NCBI GenBank assembly: GCA_017477325.1
Contig: JAFUWV010000005.1
Location: 2,439-66,438, forward strand
Source of the DNA: Paludibacteraceae bacterium
GTDB taxonomy: Bacteria > Bacteroidota > Bacteroidia > Bacteroidales > Paludibacteraceae
Direction of reading: 5' to 3'
Length of the DNA: 64,000 bases
Below are positions 62,106 through 64,000 of this stretch, one piece after another. Under the pieces are notes generated by a model. The model worked only from the letters and a program-made list of their open reading frames with translations, did no database searches and was not told the DNA's origin. The position numbers and the translations under genes were made by a program. Each line of letters opens with the position of its first letter. Within the stretch, counting starts at the first letter, position 1.

Positions 62106-62785
62106 TGAGAATAGGACTTATATATAAAGGTAAAGTAAAGGAAGAGCATGAGGAGTTCGTCGCGAACTTGGTCAGTCAGACCTCACGCGAACTTTACAAG
62201 ACAGATGTGCAGCCACAGGATGCGGATGCGTTGGAGCAATTATGCGACAAAGAGAGCATAGACATCATGTGCATCAGCTGTCGCAATAACCGCCGTGAGA
62301 TACAGCATTATCTGGATCTCTGCCGCAACCTGAGACTACCCTACCTTTTCCTGACTGAGACCATGACTATGCCCAAACAATTAAAAAAAACAGTGTCACC
62401 TATAACAATGCTTGAAGAAGAAGCCCACAAAGCAGAGATACTGACACACCTGAAACGTTTCACAGGCACTGATATACTACTGCTTATAGCTAACGACTAC
62501 GGCAGTCGTGCAGAGCAGAACACTAACAAGATTCTCACCTCTCTACGCACACTTGGCTTCACCGCAGAGACACTGAAGGCAAGGAAAGATAGTTTCTCAG
62601 TAAACAAAGAAGCAGCAGAGAGAGCAAGGGATTTGTCGGCTGACATAATAATATTGACCGCTTCACGCGACTACGGACTGGATGATATTCTGTTCGGTCC
62701 ACAGGAGTTGCATGCAATACGAAAAAGTTTTTGCCCTGTCGTGCTACTTAATCCACGAGGAGACCTATATTCACTTTGCGACTAA
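62105..62785 (+). CDS. Hypothetical protein (226 aa), possibly tandem USP-like fold
   Basis: The start overlaps the upstream stop (TAATG). No diagnostic motif was recognised. Confidence 0.4.
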   Translation: MRIGLIYKGKVKEEHEEFVANLVSQTSRELYKTDVQPQDADALEQLCDKESIDIMCISCRNNRREIQHYLDLCRNLRLPYLFLTETMTMPKQLKKTVSPITMLEEEAHKAEILTHLKRFTGTDILLLIANDYGSRAEQNTNKILTSLRTLGFTAETLKARKDSFSVNKEAAERARDLSADIIILTASRDYGLDDILFGPQELHAIRKSFCPVVLLNPRGDLYSLCD

Positions 62786-62796
62786 ACAAATAAGAC

Positions 62797-64000
62797 ATGA
62801 GGAAAACTTTACTCTCACTGATTATACTGCTTAGCAGCACTATTGCCACATACGCTGACGACTTCGACATTTTGCGTCATAATCTGCGTGAACACGTCAC
62901 GTTGGGCAAGACTGACTACAATCCTGAGATGCCGGAGATGCGGATCTACTTGAATGACCTTAATCGTTCGGCATCAGCATACATGTCAACAATGCGCCAC
63001 GACACCACATTCCTATGGGATGACATAGCGATGCTTCGAGCAGTACCAAGTCTGACACCGGCTCACATAAATGCCTCATACCAACGCCTGCTTGACATGA
63101 CACGTGCCTGGGCATACCCCGGTGGAAAACTTTATCAAGACACCATGTTGCTGCGTGAGATACGTTACGGACTGAAAATATTATCAGAAGTTGCTTACAA
63201 CAAACAGACCAAGCGGATAGGCAACTGGTGGGAATGGCGAATAGGAGTTCCGTGGAATTATGGGCACATAGTAAGCATACTTTATGAGCAACTGACCGGA
63301 GATGAAATAAAGCAGTATGAGCAAGGAGTAGCCACTTTCATTCGCTCGTTCACCCGCAATGGCGACCTTACATACGCCAATCAGGCATCAATATGCCGCA
63401 ATCTGTTAGTGCTTGGCATTCTGACCAATAACAAAACAGATGTAAGAAATGCGTTACGATACACCATACCTGCTTTTGCTGACAACACATCACCTCAGCA
63501 GCGTATGGCAGCCATAAGACGCCAAGACGGATACATAAGCCGTCAACGACAGACACTGCAAAACGTATCGCTACTGAAAAACAAAGAGGGACTTTACGAA
63601 GACGGGAGTTTCATACAACATAATGCTATACCATATATAGGCACCTACGGAGTGGAAATAATACAGATGGCTGCATACATGGCACGCATCACAGAAGGAA
63701 CAGAACTTAAGGTGCCGGAAGAGATTACGGAATGGCTTCCGATATGGATCAACAACGCATATCTGCCGGCAATGTACAGAGGCGAGATGATGATTATGCT
63801 GATGGGGCGTGCCAACGATAGTAATCCATACAATAATGCACGCCTAGCAGCACTTAGCATAATGGATGCAGCCCTGCTAATCAATGACTCTACCCTACGG
63901 ACGCAAGCACTGACAGCAGCAGCTAATACACTGATTCACGATCCGCACCACAAATCGCCATACTCAGAACTTGCTCCACTGCCGATATACAAACCCATAA
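62797..64000 (+). CDS. Polysaccharide lyase family 8 (hyaluronate/chondroitin-AC/xanthan lyase-like), N-terminal 401 codons; the ORF runs off the right window edge
   Basis: My own translation shows no stop from ATG 62797 to 64000 (not in the ORF track). Signal peptide MRKTLLSLIILLSSTIATYA. GNWWEWRIGVPWNYG and YEDGSFIQHNAIPYIGTYG resemble the PL8 alpha/alpha-toroid domain. Confidence 0.7.
   Translation, partial: MRKTLLSLIILLSSTIATYADDFDILRHNLREHVTLGKTDYNPEMPEMRIYLNDLNRSASAYMSTMRHDTTFLWDDIAMLRAVPSLTPAHINASYQRLLDMTRAWAYPGGKLYQDTMLLREIRYGLKILSEVAYNKQTKRIGNWWEWRIGVPWNYGHIVSILYEQLTGDEIKQYEQGVATFIRSFTRNGDLTYANQASICRNLLVLGILTNNKTDVRNALRYTIPAFADNTSPQQRMAAIRRQDGYISRQRQTLQNVSLLKNKEGLYEDGSFIQHNAIPYIGTYGVEIIQMAAYMARITEGTELKVPEEITEWLPIWINNAYLPAMYRGEMMIMLMGRANDSNPYNNARLAALSIMDAALLINDSTLRTQALTAAANTLIHDPHHKSPYSELAPLPIYKPI

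Overview
The window looks like a Bacteroidota chromosome segment, probably Bacteroidales and Prevotellaceae-like. This call is an inference from SusC/SusD genes, T9SS sorting domains, TAnnTTTG -7 promoter boxes and near-absence of Shine-Dalgarno sites. About 50 protein genes are present and most are housekeeping: recQ, rimO, HU, uvrA, pfp, ispG, mltG, prmA, mnmE, gmk, nadD, apbE, bamD, coaBC, nusB, yajC, rpoN, nadC, prfB, dnaE, folC and engB. A starch-type polysaccharide utilisation locus lies on the minus strand at 3.4-12.8 kb (MFS, susC, susD, surface glycan-binding lipoprotein, GH13 amylase). There are two tRNAs, Ser-GCU (minus strand) and Val-UAC (plus strand). Two large ORFs run off the window edges and are missing from the supplied ORF track: an AT-rich papain-like protein at 1-1872 (minus) and a PL8-family lyase at 62797-64000 (plus). 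Several track ORFs carry spurious N-terminal extensions and I trimmed them to the ATG that follows a -7 box. Accessory-looking pockets lie at 1-3.1 kb, 26.2-27.5 kb and 45.4-48.6 kb. The most unusual signal is at the DNA level. A dispersed set of short-period imperfect tandem arrays (7, 9, 11 and 14 nt) fills many intergenic leaders. One array is G-quadruplex-competent and sits in the recQ leader. One heptamer array lies in frame inside rimO. One overlaps the non-ATG start of uvrA. Other candidates are a promoter-to-terminator small-RNA unit, a 137-nt long hairpin, and a ~25-aa C-terminal motif shared by three otherwise unrelated reading frames. I saw no CRISPR array, transposase, integrase or recognisable defence system. 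All function calls come from motif recognition by eye and none has been checked against a database.
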